This document shows, piece by piece, positions 18,971-29,493 of a stretch of DNA of 64,000 bases. Every line of letters starts with the position of its first letter. The first letter of the stretch is position 1. The notes under the pieces were generated by a model, which saw only the letters and a list, made by a program, of their open reading frames with translations, did not search any database and was not told where the DNA came from. Position numbers and translations under genes: made by a program. Where the stretch lies: the NCBI GenBank assembly GCA_963750165.1, contig CAVVPN010000004.1, forward strand, positions 1,024,001 to 1,088,000. The letters are read 5' to 3'. Source of the stretch: an uncultured Gemmataceae bacterium. Lineage in GTDB: Bacteria; Planctomycetota; Planctomycetia; Gemmatales; Gemmataceae.

Positions 18971-20263
18971 ATGCGTCGCATCGGCATCCTGTGTTTCTCT
19001 TCGCCGGGTCACTTCTATCCGCTCACGGCCCTGGGGAGGCGGCTCCAATCACGGGGTCATGAAGTGGTCTTCTTTCAGGTCGCCGACCTGGAGCGGCCGA
19101 TCCGGGCGGCGGGCCTGCGGTTTCGCCAGATCGGCCGGGAGGACTTTCCCCTCGGCGCGCTCCGCGGCGGGATGAGGAACTCGGTAAGCTCACGGGCCGC
19201 GCCGCCCTGCGGTGCGGGCTGCGCGGCATCGAACAGAAGGCGCGGATGCTCTTCCGGGACGCCCCGGCCGCGCTCCGCGCGGAGGGCATCGACGCCCTCA
19301 TCGTCGATCAGATCGAGATGGCGGGCGGGACCGTGGCCGAACACCTGGGGCTGCCGTTCGTCAGCGCGGCGGCCGCCCTGCCGATCAACCTCGACGCCTA
19401 CGCCCCGCCCGTCAACTTCCCGTGGCCCCACCGCGCCGGCGTTGCGGCCCGGCTCAGGAACCGGGTGGGGAATGCCGCCGTCGCCTGGAGCTTCTCGGGG
19501 GTCGTGCGGACGATCAACCGGCAACGCCGAGCCTGGGGGCTGCCCCCCGCGCGACTCCGACGCGCTGTTCTCCAGGCTCGCCCAGGTCACGCAACTGCCG
19601 GCCGCCCTGGAGCTGCCGGGCCGCCGCGTGCCGCCCCACTTCCACCACACCGGCCCCTGGACGGACGCGGCGGGGCGGGCACCAGTGGACTTCCCCTGGT
19701 CGCGCCTCGACCCGGGCAGGCCCCTGGTGTACGCCTCGATGGGGACGCTCCAGAACGGCATCCTGCCGACCTTCCGGATGATCGCCGCGGCGTGCGCGGG
19801 GTTCGATCTGCAGCTGGTGATCTCCCTGGGCGGCGGTCAGGATCCGGCGTTGCTCGGGGACCTCCCCGGTGCCCCGGTCGTGGTCGGGTACGCACCACAA
19901 CTCGACCTGATCCGGCGCTCCACCCTGACGATCTCGCACGGCGGGTTGAACACGGCACTGGAGTCGCTGGCGTGGGGCGTTCCCCTGGTGGTCCTGCCGG
20001 TGACCTATGACCAGCCGGGAGTCGGGGCCCGCGTGGAATGGTTCGGCGCGGGCCGGTCGATTCCCGTTGGGCGGTTGACGGTGGACCGCCTCCGCGCAGC
20101 GATCCACGACATCCTGGGCGACCCGGCCTACCGCACGCGGGCCGGCCGGCTCCAGGCGGCCATCGAGGCTGGCGACGGCCTGAACCGGGCGGCGGACGTG
20201 ATCGAGGGGGCATTCGGGACGGGCCGGAGGGCCGAGCCGGCCGAGACACTCAGACGAGCCTGA
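18971..20263 (+). CDS. GT1 family glycosyltransferase (MGT/UGT), two compensating frameshifts
   Basis: PGHFYP...RGHEV; VYASMGT; YAPQLDLI...ISHGGLNTALESL...DQPG; middle segment (IDALIVDQ...LGLPFVS) lies in frame of ORF 19246. Confidence 0.88.
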   Translation: MRRIGILCFSSPGHFYPLTALGRRLQSRGHEVVFFQVADLERPIRAAGLRFRQIGREDFPLGALRGGMRNSVSSRAAPPCGAGCAASNRRRGCSSGTPRPRSARRASTPSSSIRSRWRAGPWPNTWGCRSSARRPPCRSTSTPTPRPSTSRGPTAPALRPGSGTGWGMPPSPGASRGSCGRSTGNAEPGGCPPRDSDALFSRLAQVTQLPAALELPGRRVPPHFHHTGPWTDAAGRAPVDFPWSRLDPGRPLVYASMGTLQNGILPTFRMIAAACAGFDLQLVISLGGGQDPALLGDLPGAPVVVGYAPQLDLIRRSTLTISHGGLNTALESLAWGVPLVVLPVTYDQPGVGARVEWFGAGRSIPVGRLTVDRLRAAIHDILGDPAYRTRAGRLQAAIEAGDGLNRAADVIEGAFGTGRRAEPAETLRRA

Positions 20264-20295
20264 CGAATGACACCAGTATCCGTCCACTCGAACGC

Positions 20296-20362
20296 CCGCA
20301 GGAATCGCATAAACGGCCGCAAATGCGTCCAAGAAACCCGTCGGAGAGCCCCATACCATTCC
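20296..20362 (+). promoter_or_regulatory. Putative AraC-activated promoter, copy 2 (no AraC gene upstream)
   Basis: CCGCAGGAATCGCATAA...CCGCAA...CAAGAA-N18-TACCAT. Confidence 0.6.
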
Positions 20363-20467
20363 CGGTGACCAGGTCAACCCGTTCTTCCCCGAAGGCAGTT
20401 CGACCCGCTTTTCGGGATGAGGTTCTGACCGGTTCTGACACCGAACACCGAAACAGAGGATGCAACG

Positions 20468-21474
20468 ATGACCGAACCGCAACCCTGGCAACAACTGTTC
20501 CAGATGCTCACCGGCTCCTGGGTCGCGCGGCGCTCTACGCCGTCGCGAAACTCCGCGTGGCCGACCACCTGCGGAACGGCCCGCTCCCGGTCAAGGACCT
20601 CGCCGACGCGGTCGGCGTGCTGCCCCGGCCGCTGTACCGAACGCTCCGCGCTCTGGCCAGCGTCGGCGTCTTCGCCCGGGAGTCCGACGGGCGCTTCCGC
20701 CTCAACCCGCTGGCCGATCTCCTCCGCGCGGACGGCCCGGACTCGATGTGGGCGATGGCGGTCATGTTTGGCGAGGAGCAGGACCGCTGCTGGGGCGACC
20801 TGCTCGAGACCCTCCGCACCGGCGCGCCGGCCTTCGAGCGCCTGTACGGCCGGCCGGTCTTCGCCTACCTGGGTGAGCACCCCGAGCAGGCTCGGGTCTT
20901 CGACACCGCCATGGCCGGGTTCAGCCGCCGGGGGTTGCAGGCCCTGCTCGACGCCTATGACCTGTCGGACGTCGGCACCCTGGCGGATGTCGGCGGCGGC
21001 ACCGGCACGAACCTGGCCGGCATCCTGGGCCACTACCGGGCGATGCGGGGCCTGCTCTTCGACCAGCCCCAGGTCGTCGCGCGGGCCCGCCTGCACCTGA
21101 AGGCCGCCGGCGTCGCGGATCGCTGCGCCGTCATCGCCGGCAACTTCTTCGAGACGATCCCCGGCGGCGCCGAGGCCTACCTGATGCGCCACATCCTCCA
21201 CGACTGGGACGACGCGCAGGCCGGCCGCATCCTCGACAACCTGCGCCGCGTGATGACCGCCCGGGGGCGGCTGCTGGTCGTCGAGGTTGTCCTGCCGGAC
21301 GGCGACGGGCAGCCGTTCGGCAAGTGGCTCGACCTGCACATGCAGGTCGTCCTGGGGAGCCAGGAGCGGACCGAGACGGAGTACCGGCAGCTCTTCGCCG
21401 CCCACGGCTTCCGCCTCAACCGCGTCGTCCCGACCGCCGACGACTACTCCGTGATCGAGGCCGTGCCGGTCTGA
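20468..21474 (+). CDS. O-methyltransferase (Methyltransf_2 type), frameshift ~20528
   Basis: ALYAVAKL dimerisation domain, ADVGGGTG, FDQPQV, GNFF, MRHILHDWDD, ERTETEY. Confidence 0.88.
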
Positions 21475-21521
21475 TCGAACAACCCGAACGTGAGTCCTTC
21501 GCCCGGAGAGGAGTCAATGCG

Positions 21522-22292
21522 ATGGCAACCGATGGAACCCTGTCAAGCGCCTGGGACCAGCACCTGGCGGCCGAGTTCGCCGCCAAAAGTCCGGAGCAAG
21601 CGCTGGCGACGATGACCGCCGAGCCCTACGTCAACCTCGTCCCCTTGATGTTCGGGGCCTGTGGGCGCGAAGAACTGTACGACTTCTACGCGAACCACTT
21701 CCTGAACCAGATCCCGCCGGACCTGGAGACGGTTCCCGTCTCGCGGACCGTCGGACAGGGCCGGGTCGTCGATGAGATGATCCTGCGCTTCACGCACTCG
21801 ATCCGCCTGGACTGGGTGCTGCCCGGCATCGCGCCGACCGGCAGGCGCGTGGAAATCCCGCTGATCGCCGTCGTGCAACTCGAGGGCGACAAGGTCGCGC
21901 ACGAGCACATCTACTGGGACCAGGCGTCGGTGCTCGTTCAGGTCGGCCTGCTCGATCGGGCGCTCCCCGTGCGCGGCGGCGAGATCGCGGCGCAGGTGCT
22001 CAACCCCACGCAGCCGATGAACGAGCTGATCCGTGCGCTGAACAAACCCAGGCAGCCTGACCCATTCGAGTGGGCCGACCGTTCCGCGAGCAGGGTGATG
22101 TCGGGACGACACGACCCTGCTCGATTTTTGAACCACGTGTTCATTTTTCGAGCCACCCGCCGGTCCACCGCCCCGTCCGGCAACCCGTCCGACACCGCTT
22201 GCGGCTGGCGATACGAGGGGGTTTCTACGGCCTGGCCGGATGGCGTTAAGCCTTCGGCACCCCCCAATTCACCGGCACACCCCTTGCCTTGA
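21522..22292 (+). CDS. SnoaL-like ester cyclase / carboxymethylenebutenolidase-like protein (true 3' end probably ~22050-22100)
   Basis: WDQHLAAEF...ALATM...PYVN...SRTVG...VVDE...PTGRRVEIP...HEHIYWDQASVLVQ. Confidence 0.8.
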   Translation: MATDGTLSSAWDQHLAAEFAAKSPEQALATMTAEPYVNLVPLMFGACGREELYDFYANHFLNQIPPDLETVPVSRTVGQGRVVDEMILRFTHSIRLDWVLPGIAPTGRRVEIPLIAVVQLEGDKVAHEHIYWDQASVLVQVGLLDRALPVRGGEIAAQVLNPTQPMNELIRALNKPRQPDPFEWADRSASRVMSGRHDPARFLNHVFIFRATRRSTAPSGNPSDTACGWRYEGVSTAWPDGVKPSAPPNSPAHPLP

Positions 22293-22389
22293 TAGATACC
22301 AGGAATCCCCTGGCAGCGCCGCGCGTTCCGGCGTTTCCGGGGGAGTTCTGTTGCGGCACCGGGCTGCGCTGTTCAGGGAGAGCCGAGTC

Positions 22390-23307
22390 ATGCAACAGCA
22401 AGAGCCGGAACGCGGCGCCCCGATCGGGCCCCTTGATTGGTGGAAGAAACTCTCGTTTGAGCCGGCCGCGGTGAGCGACCCACTGGGGTGGGTTGGCTTG
22501 CAGGCGGTGCGCTACCGTGCGGCGCCCGCCTCGGAACTCAACCCGCCCGCCATGACCCACCACCGGCTCATCCTCTTTGCCCGGCCGCCGGAGGAGTTAG
22601 ACCTGTTGTATGAGGGGGTGAAGCGGCACGTGCCGCCCCCGGCCGGGTCGGTCGCGGTGGTGCCGGCCGGCAGCCCCGCCCGGTACCGCTGGGGCGGGTG
22701 CATGGACACGCTCAACATTTACCTGGAGCCGGGGCTGGTGGCGCGGGTGGCCGCGGAGGCGTTCGACCTCGACCCGGCGCGGCTGACGGTGCCGCCGCTG
22801 GACGGCCTGGACCTGCCGCCCCTGCGGGCCGCAATGGCGGCCGTGGATGTCGAGCTGACCGCCGCCGGCGCCGGGGGGCCGCTCGCCGCCGAGTCGCTGG
22901 CCAACGTCCTGGCCGTCCAGGTCATCCGGCACGCTCTGGCACCCCGCCGGCCGGAGCGCGGCCGCGACGGCGCCCTGCCGCGCGGCCGGCTTCGCGCCGT
23001 GGTCGAGTTCATCGAGGAACACCTGGGCGCCAGCCCGACGCTGGAGCAGATCGCGGCGGTGGCCGGCCTCAGCCCCTACCACTTCGCGCGGCAGTTCAAG
23101 GCGGCCACCGGGCTGCCGCCGCATCAGTTCGTCATCGCCCGCCGCGTCGAACGGGCCAGGCACCTGCTGCAAGGCGGGTCGGACCTGCCCCTGGCGGACG
23201 TCGCTGCACTCGCCGGCTTCTCGGACCAGAGCCATTTCACCCAGCACTTCAAGCGCACCGTCGGCGTTACGCCGCGCCGGTTTCGGATGTCCGCAAGAAT
23301 CGCCTAA
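22390..23307 (+). CDS. AraC family transcriptional regulator (close paralog of 17972)
   Basis: Long DNA stretches identical to first AraC; same HTH motifs. Confidence 0.93.
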   Translation: MQQQEPERGAPIGPLDWWKKLSFEPAAVSDPLGWVGLQAVRYRAAPASELNPPAMTHHRLILFARPPEELDLLYEGVKRHVPPPAGSVAVVPAGSPARYRWGGCMDTLNIYLEPGLVARVAAEAFDLDPARLTVPPLDGLDLPPLRAAMAAVDVELTAAGAGGPLAAESLANVLAVQVIRHALAPRRPERGRDGALPRGRLRAVVEFIEEHLGASPTLEQIAAVAGLSPYHFARQFKAATGLPPHQFVIARRVERARHLLQGGSDLPLADVAALAGFSDQSHFTQHFKRTVGVTPRRFRMSARIA

Positions 23308-23356
23308 TCGCCGCAATTCGATTCAAGAAACTCCCGGGCGAGCCCCTTACCATTCC
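23291..23356 (+). promoter_or_regulatory. Putative AraC-activated promoter, copy 3
   Basis: CCGCAAGAATCGCCTAA...CCGCAA...CAAGAA-N18-TACCAT. Confidence 0.65.
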
Positions 23357-23424
23357 TTCCGGGCGGCGTGGAGTTTCGCGCCGACGGCAGGTCGATACTT
23401 TCCCCCCTGAAGAGGAGTCCCGTC

Positions 23425-24161
23425 ATGGGTGGTCGGAACAGTCTCAAGCGTTTCCTGGGCCTGGCAGCCGCAACGGTTCTGCTCGTAGGCTCGGGCATTG
23501 GTGTGGCGATCTTCCTGTCCGCGACTCGGTCACCGTTCCGATCGCCTGCGGCTCCCGGGGTTCGCAGCGGCGACGAGCGCGCGGCCGGGTCGATGGCGGT
23601 CGAGCTGGCCACGGCGATCCGCGGGGGGGATGTGCGCACCGTCCGCCGATTGCTCGACGACGGCGCGGACGTGAACGCCCGCGATGCGGCGGGCAACACG
23701 CCGCTTATCCTGGCCGCGTTCTACGCCGGCCCGGAATGCGTCGAGCTGCTGCTTGAGCGCGGCGCCGACGTGAACGCGGCGAACAAGGCCGGCGTCACGC
23801 CGCTGATCCGTGCCGCGACGGACCCGGAAAAAACACGCTTGCTGGTGGACGCCGGCGCGAACGTCCGGGTGCGGCTGCTGCTGGCACACGGCGCCGACCC
23901 GAACGCGGCGGGCGGTGAATCGGTCGGCGCGTTCGGACTGGTGCCGCAGACCCCGCGACGGATCGCAGAAAAACGGGGCCGGACTGCCGTGATCGATGCC
24001 CTCGAGGCCGCCGGTGCCGACGACCCGCCCCGGGCCGTGCGCGGCGCTTCCCCGCGCTGACGGCCGACGAGGCCGCGCTGCTCCGCACGTGGATCGACCA
24101 GGGCGCTGACTGGCCGGCGGGTGTGGTGCTCACGTCGCCACCGACCGAGAGTCAACGGTGA
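23425..24161 (+). pseudogene. Internally deleted ankyrin-repeat protein with out-of-frame planctomycete cytochrome-c C-terminal remnant
   Basis: GADVNARD..GNTPLILAA ankyrin units with abrupt junctions; 24042..24161 reads FPALTADEAALLRTWIDQGADWP. Confidence 0.65.
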
Positions 24162-24219
24162 CCCGCCCAGGAGTGTGTTTCGTTTACGTAACGTTCGCCC
24201 TATCGCAGGAGGTTTCACC

Positions 24220-25297
24220 ATGCCGGCATTGACGGGGATGAAAGGCTCAGGGTATTACGACCAACACTCGACACTGCAGCTGTCCGCGATCCGGGCCTTC
24301 CAGGACTGGGCGGAGGACGCTGTCGCCGACCTGCCGCTGCCGGACGCCACGCGGCCGGTCACCGTCCTGGACCTGGGCTCCTCGGAAGGGCACAACGCCA
24401 TCCAGCTCATGGGGGCCATCGTCGCGGGACTCCGGCGGCGCACCGATCAGCCCCTGCAGACGATCTACAGCGACCTGGCCAGTAACAATTTCAACCGATT
24501 GTTCTCCAGCCTGGAGCAGGCCCGGCGCGCCGGCCTGCTTGCGGAGGGCGTTCACCCCGGCGCGGTGGGAGGCTCGTTTTACGGCCCACTGCTGCCGCCG
24601 CGCACTGTCCACCTCGCCACCTGCTTCAACGCCCTTCACTGGCTCGACCGACTGCCGGCGGTCCTCGCGCCGGTCGGGGTCGTCTACCGCCGGCCGCACC
24701 CGCCCCGACCGGGACTCGCCGTGTCGCCGCAGGCCACGGCGGCCTTCCAGGCCCAGGCCGAACAGGACCTGGAGCAGTTCCTGGAGTGCCGCGCCCGCGA
24801 GTTGGTCTCGGGGGGCAAACTGCTGCTGGCCGGCCCGGGCGACACCGACCAGGTGCGCATCAGCGACGGGCTTTGTGAAGTCCTCACCGACGCCTGTCTC
24901 GACCTGGTCGCTTCCGGCCGGCTCCAACGCGAGCAATATGAACGCCTCACGATCCCCGCGTATTTCCGCACCACCGCGGAGCTGCTGACACCGTTGCGGC
25001 GCGGGCTCTCCCGTGCGCGGCGCGTACTCCGTCGAGCGCGCCGAGGCGCTGGAGGTGCCGCCGCCGTTTCTCGTCGAGTACCGGCGCGGCGGTGACGTGG
25101 CGGCTTACGCCACGGCCTACACCGGCTTCTTGCGCACCGTCACCGAGCCGGTGGTTCAGGCGGCCTTCAACCAACCGGAAGGGGATGTCTGGACCGTGGA
25201 ATCGCTGTACGAGCGCATCCGCGCCCGGCTGCTGTCCGAGCCGGAGCGCTACACGTTCCGCTACATCCTGGTGGCGACCCTGTTGACCCGACGCTGA
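24220..25297 (+). CDS. SAM-dependent carboxyl methyltransferase (SABATH / Methyltransf_7 family), frameshift ~25003
   Basis: MKGSGYYDQHSTLQ, VLDLGSSEGHN, YSDLASNNFNRLF, GGSFYGPLLP, NALHWL, QDLEQFLECRAREL..GG, PAYFRT; GGAGG RBS. Confidence 0.85.
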
Positions 25298-26002
25298 ACG
25301 AGGCGGCGCCGCCTCGCGCTCGGGGAACTGGGTCGCCGACCGAGAGACGGTGTCACGCCAGCAAAGAGCTAGCGGACAAAACTCGTTCGGAGGGCGAGCG
25401 GCGCGGCGCCCTCGCCCCCTCCTAAGAAAAAGGCGCCGGTGCAGCGGGTTACCGGCGGGCTGACGCCGCGCCGCTCGCCTTTGGTCCGTCAGCTTTAAGG
25501 GTCTTGAAGACCGGGAGGGGAAGCATGTCGGATACAGGGACCAACAGGCCTGGGAGGGATTGGGGCAGCCCGCAGGTCCGGAGTCCGCGGAACGGGCCAC
25601 CCAGCACGCAGGGTCGAGGCCCGGAGGCGACGGGGAGCTGGCATTCCCGGGGTGCGGGCCGTTTCCTGTCCGAGACTGGTCCGATGGACCCCGTCGGGAC
25701 GGCCCCGGTCGCCGACCCGCGTGGCTTCTCCCCCAGGGCGGTGATCGCCACGGACACTCGGCCCGAACCGACCTGCGCGGCCCTGCCGGCCGTTCGGGCC
25801 CGACTGCGCCCCTGGCGGTGGTCTTCGTCCTGATCCTGGCGCTGGCGACTTCCTGGCGCTGCGCCGTCCTCGGGGACCATGACGTGGTGCTCCACTACCT
25901 CGATGCGACCGTCCTGGTGGCGCTGGGGGCGCCCTCGCCCTGCTGATCCTCGCGGCCGGCTCCGCGCTCGGGGCCGGGGCGATCGCCCGGCTGCACCGCC
26001 GG

Positions 26003-26929
26003 GTGGCCGAGGCCAGGCAACTCGGCCAGTATCGTCTCGGTCAGCGGATCGGCGCCGGGGCCATGGGCGAGGTCTTCCTGGCCGAGCATCAGCTCCTGAA
26101 GCGCCCGTGCGCCGTCAAGCTCATCCGGCCGGACAGCGTGGGGGATCCGCGGGCACTGGCGCGGTTCGAGCGCGAGGTCCGTCTGACGGCGACGCTCTCG
26201 CACCCGAACACCGTCGAGATCTACGACTACGGCAGGACCGCGGACGGGACGTACTACTACGTCATGGAATACCTGCCGGGCCTGAGCCTGGACGAGTTGG
26301 TCGCACGGCACGGGCCGCTGCCCCCGGGGCGAGTGGTGTACCTGCTGCGGCAGGTCTGCCGGGCCTTGCGTGAAGCGCACGCGGTAGGCCTGATCCACCG
26401 CGACATCAAGCCGTCGAACATCATCGCCGCGCGCCGGGGTGGGATGGACGACGTGGCCAAGTTGCTCGACTTCGGGCTGGCCCGGCCCACGGCGACCGGC
26501 CCTGCGGCGGGCCTGAGCGCGGAAGGGCAGATCCTCGGCACGCCGCTGTTCATGTCGCCCGAGCAGGTGACCGGTGATCGGGAACTGGACGGGCGTAGCG
26601 ACCTCTATTCCCTGGGGGCCGTCGCCTACCATCTGCTCACGGGACAGCCGCCGTTCAGTGGAGCCGGCGGGCTGGCGGTGCTCGTGGCGCACGCCCGCGA
26701 TCCCGTGGCCCCCCCGTCCCGGGTCCGCCTCGGCATCCCTGACGACCTGGAGCGTGTGGTGTTGCGGTGCCTGGCCAAGGACGTCGCCGATCGGTTCGCG
26801 GACGTTGAGAACCTGGAGCGCGCCCTGGGCGAGTGTGCCTGCCAGAGGGACTGGGATCAGGATCGTGCCGACCGGTGGTGGCGAGACGCTGTCCGGCTTT
26901 CGCCGCACACGGCGACCGCTGCGTCGTAA
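26003..26929 (+). CDS. Hanks-type Ser/Thr protein kinase (N-terminal membrane region ~25684-26000 degraded)
   Basis: IGAGAMGEV, AVKLI, HRDIKPSN, DFGLA, GTPLFMSPEQ, DLYSLG. Confidence 0.88.
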   Translation: MAEARQLGQYRLGQRIGAGAMGEVFLAEHQLLKRPCAVKLIRPDSVGDPRALARFEREVRLTATLSHPNTVEIYDYGRTADGTYYYVMEYLPGLSLDELVARHGPLPPGRVVYLLRQVCRALREAHAVGLIHRDIKPSNIIAARRGGMDDVAKLLDFGLARPTATGPAAGLSAEGQILGTPLFMSPEQVTGDRELDGRSDLYSLGAVAYHLLTGQPPFSGAGGLAVLVAHARDPVAPPSRVRLGIPDDLERVVLRCLAKDVADRFADVENLERALGECACQRDWDQDRADRWWRDAVRLSPHTATAAS

Positions 26930-27026
26930 TCGTCAACCGGTGAAGTAGCGCGCAGCGGTCCGACATCCATGCGGGCCCCACTGTCAAGACCAAAGGGCAA
27001 GACGGGCACGGGACTTCCCAGACTTC

Positions 27027-27470
27027 CATGCGGGTCGCCGCGCTGGACCCGCTCGAAGTAGGCCCGGAGAGTCGGCGAGCGGCGCAGCGCCTGCCAGTCC
27101 GCCTCGGCGACCAGTTGGCGCACGACCGGCGACCCCTCGCGGGTGATGTGTCCCAGCCGGTTCTTGTCCCCCGACTGGTCCTGGCACGGGACCAGCCCGA
27201 AATACCGCCCCACCGCCCTGGCGTTGCGAAAGCGCTGCGGGTCATCAATGAACGCGGCCGCCGCCTCGGCGGTGCGGGCGCCAATCCGGGGATGGTCCGC
27301 AGTTGGGCGACGGCGGACGTCTGCTGCGCCTGCTGGTTCAGCGCGTGTTCGATCCGCCGGATCTGGCGGAGGAGCGTCTCGATCCCCTCCAGGAGCAGGT
27401 CCCGCCGCAACTGCTGCGAGACCGTGGGCAACTCCAGCTGCCGGAGCCAGGCCAGACCGTGTCAGAGCCC
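27027..27470 (-). mobile_element. IS110-family transposase remnant (C-terminal domain fragment, frameshifted)
   Basis: LRTIPG...TAEA..AFIDDPQRF...GRYFGLVPCQDQSGDKNRLGHITREGSPVVRQL; no N-terminal RuvC domain. Confidence 0.85.
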
Positions 27471-27654
27471 CATAGCAACTCTACCACCGTTTCCCACATC
27501 CGCTGGCGACCGAGGCTACCTTCATAGTTTCAAGCCGACTACAATTTGGCTCTTCACGTTGCGTGCGTCGGTCGGATCGACCGCGGTGGGGCGGACCGAC
27601 GCGCGCTGGATGACCGCATCGTAAGTCCGCCAGTCGACTGGCCTCCTGCGGCGT

Positions 27655-27850
27655 CCACAACGCCAGCAAGGCCGCCGTCCGTTGCTTCGCGGACCTGGAC
27701 GGTGGACCTGAAGGGGCGCAACATCCGCGTCAACGTGCTCAGTCCCGGCACCATCGACACAGCCATCCCAGAAGGCATTGCCGCGCCGCGCGACTCCAGC
27801 TTCCTCACCGGCATCGAGCTGTTCGTCGATGGGGGCGTCGCACAAATATC
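27655..27850 (+). pseudogene. SDR oxidoreductase C-terminal remnant
   Basis: ASKAAVR, RTWTVDLKGRNIRVNVLSPGTIDT...DSSFLTGIELFVDGG, internal deletion. Confidence 0.7.
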
Positions 27851-28058
27851 ATCGCGCGGCCGCCTGGATCGTGCTTCACTTGTTTCCCCGAGCCCCCCGC
27901 GTAAACTCAGGGTGTAGCCTCTGAACGGCGAATCGCCGGACGGCCCACTGATGCCGTGGCCCATTCGATGATTGCCGAAGCGGCGGAATGCCTCAGTGCG
28001 GTCCTCTCCCGGCCTCCTCGCGGCCCCGTCCCGACCTATCCAGAAAGTGACGGAGTCC

Positions 28059-29435
28059 ATGGCCGAAGCATACGACGTCGTCGTGCTGGGGAGCGGCGAG
28101 GCGGGCAAATACCTGGCCTGGACCCTCGCCTCCCAGGGGAAGAAGGTGGCGGTCATCGAGCGCAGGTACGTCGGCGGCTCCTGCCCGAACATCGCCTGCC
28201 TGCCGAGCAAGAACGTCATCCACTCCGCCAAGGTCGCCTCCTACTTCCGCCGCAGCGAAGAGTTCGGCCTCGCCAAGAACGGCTGGCGGATCGACATGGC
28301 CGGCGTGCGGGACCGCAAGCGCCGGATGGTGGAGGGAATGGTCGAGACGCACCTCCGCAAGTACCGGTCGAGCGGGGCGGAACTCGTCATGGGCGATGGC
28401 TCCTTCGTCGGCCCGAAGACGGTCGCGGTCACCCTCCATGCGGGAGGGACGCGGGTCTTGCGCGGGGGCAACGTCGTCATTTGCACCGGGTCGTGCGCCC
28501 GGATCGACGACATCCCGGGCCTGCGGGCCGCCCGCCCGCTGACGCACGTCGAGACGCTGGAACTGGACCGCATCCCCGGGCACCTGATCGTCCTGGGCGG
28601 GGGCTACGTCGGGCTCGAACTGGCGCAGGCCATGCGTCGGTTCGGCAGCCACGTGACCGTGGTGGAGCGAAACGGCTCGCTGATCCACCGCGAGGATCCC
28701 GACGTGACCGCGGCGGTCGAAGAACTCTTCCGGGACGAGGGGATCGCCGTTCTCACAGGCACGATGCTCACCCGCGTCGAAGGGGCCTCCGGGGAGTCCG
28801 TGAGGCTGCACGCGACGCGGGGCGGGTCCGAAACGGTGATCGAGGGGACGCACCTGCTCGCGGCGGCGGGGCGCACCCCGAACACCGACGGCATCGGGCT
28901 GGAGAAGGCCGGGGTCGAGGTCGATGAGCGCGGGCACGTGAAGGTGGACGAGGCGCTCCGGACAACGGCCGAGGGCGTGTGGGCGGTCGGCGACTGCGCG
29001 GGCAGCCCGTACTTCACGCACGTCGCCTTCGACGACTTCCGCGTGGTCCGCGACAACCTCGCCGGCGGCCACCGCGTGACGACGGGTCGGCAGGTGCCAT
29101 CCTGCCTGTTCACCGACCCCGAACTGGCGCGGGTCGGCCTGACCGAGCGGGAGGCCAAGGAGCGCGGGACCGAGTACCGATTGGCGAAGATCCCGATGGA
29201 GTCCGTGCTGCGGGCCGGGACGCTCTCCGAGACGCGGGGGTTCATGAAGGCGCTGATCGGCCCTGACGACCGCGTTCTGGGCTTCACCGCCTTCGGGGTC
29301 GAGGCAGGGGAAGTCATGGCCGTGGTCCAGGTCGCGATGGGGGCGGGGCTGCCCTACACGGTGCTGCGCGACTCGGTGCTGACGCACCCCACCATCGCGG
29401 AAGGGCTCGTCGTGCTGTTCTCCGCCGTGAAGTAA
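28059..29435 (+). CDS. Pyridine nucleotide-disulfide oxidoreductase (RclA/MerA-like, no MerA C-terminal CC)
   Basis: [44 protein letters not shown]. Confidence 0.9.
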   Translation: MAEAYDVVVLGSGEAGKYLAWTLASQGKKVAVIERRYVGGSCPNIACLPSKNVIHSAKVASYFRRSEEFGLAKNGWRIDMAGVRDRKRRMVEGMVETHLRKYRSSGAELVMGDGSFVGPKTVAVTLHAGGTRVLRGGNVVICTGSCARIDDIPGLRAARPLTHVETLELDRIPGHLIVLGGGYVGLELAQAMRRFGSHVTVVERNGSLIHREDPDVTAAVEELFRDEGIAVLTGTMLTRVEGASGESVRLHATRGGSETVIEGTHLLAAAGRTPNTDGIGLEKAGVEVDERGHVKVDEALRTTAEGVWAVGDCAGSPYFTHVAFDDFRVVRDNLAGGHRVTTGRQVPSCLFTDPELARVGLTEREAKERGTEYRLAKIPMESVLRAGTLSETRGFMKALIGPDDRVLGFTAFGVEAGEVMAVVQVAMGAGLPYTVLRDSVLTHPTIAEGLVVLFSAVK

Positions 29436-29493
29436 CGCCCGCGCCGTGAACCCTTGTCGAGATCGAAAGCACTATCCCGAACCGGAGCATCCC

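Noticed and set aside
28059..29435. Mercuric reductase merA
   Set aside because: No C-terminal Cys pair, no metal-binding N-domain, no mer genes.
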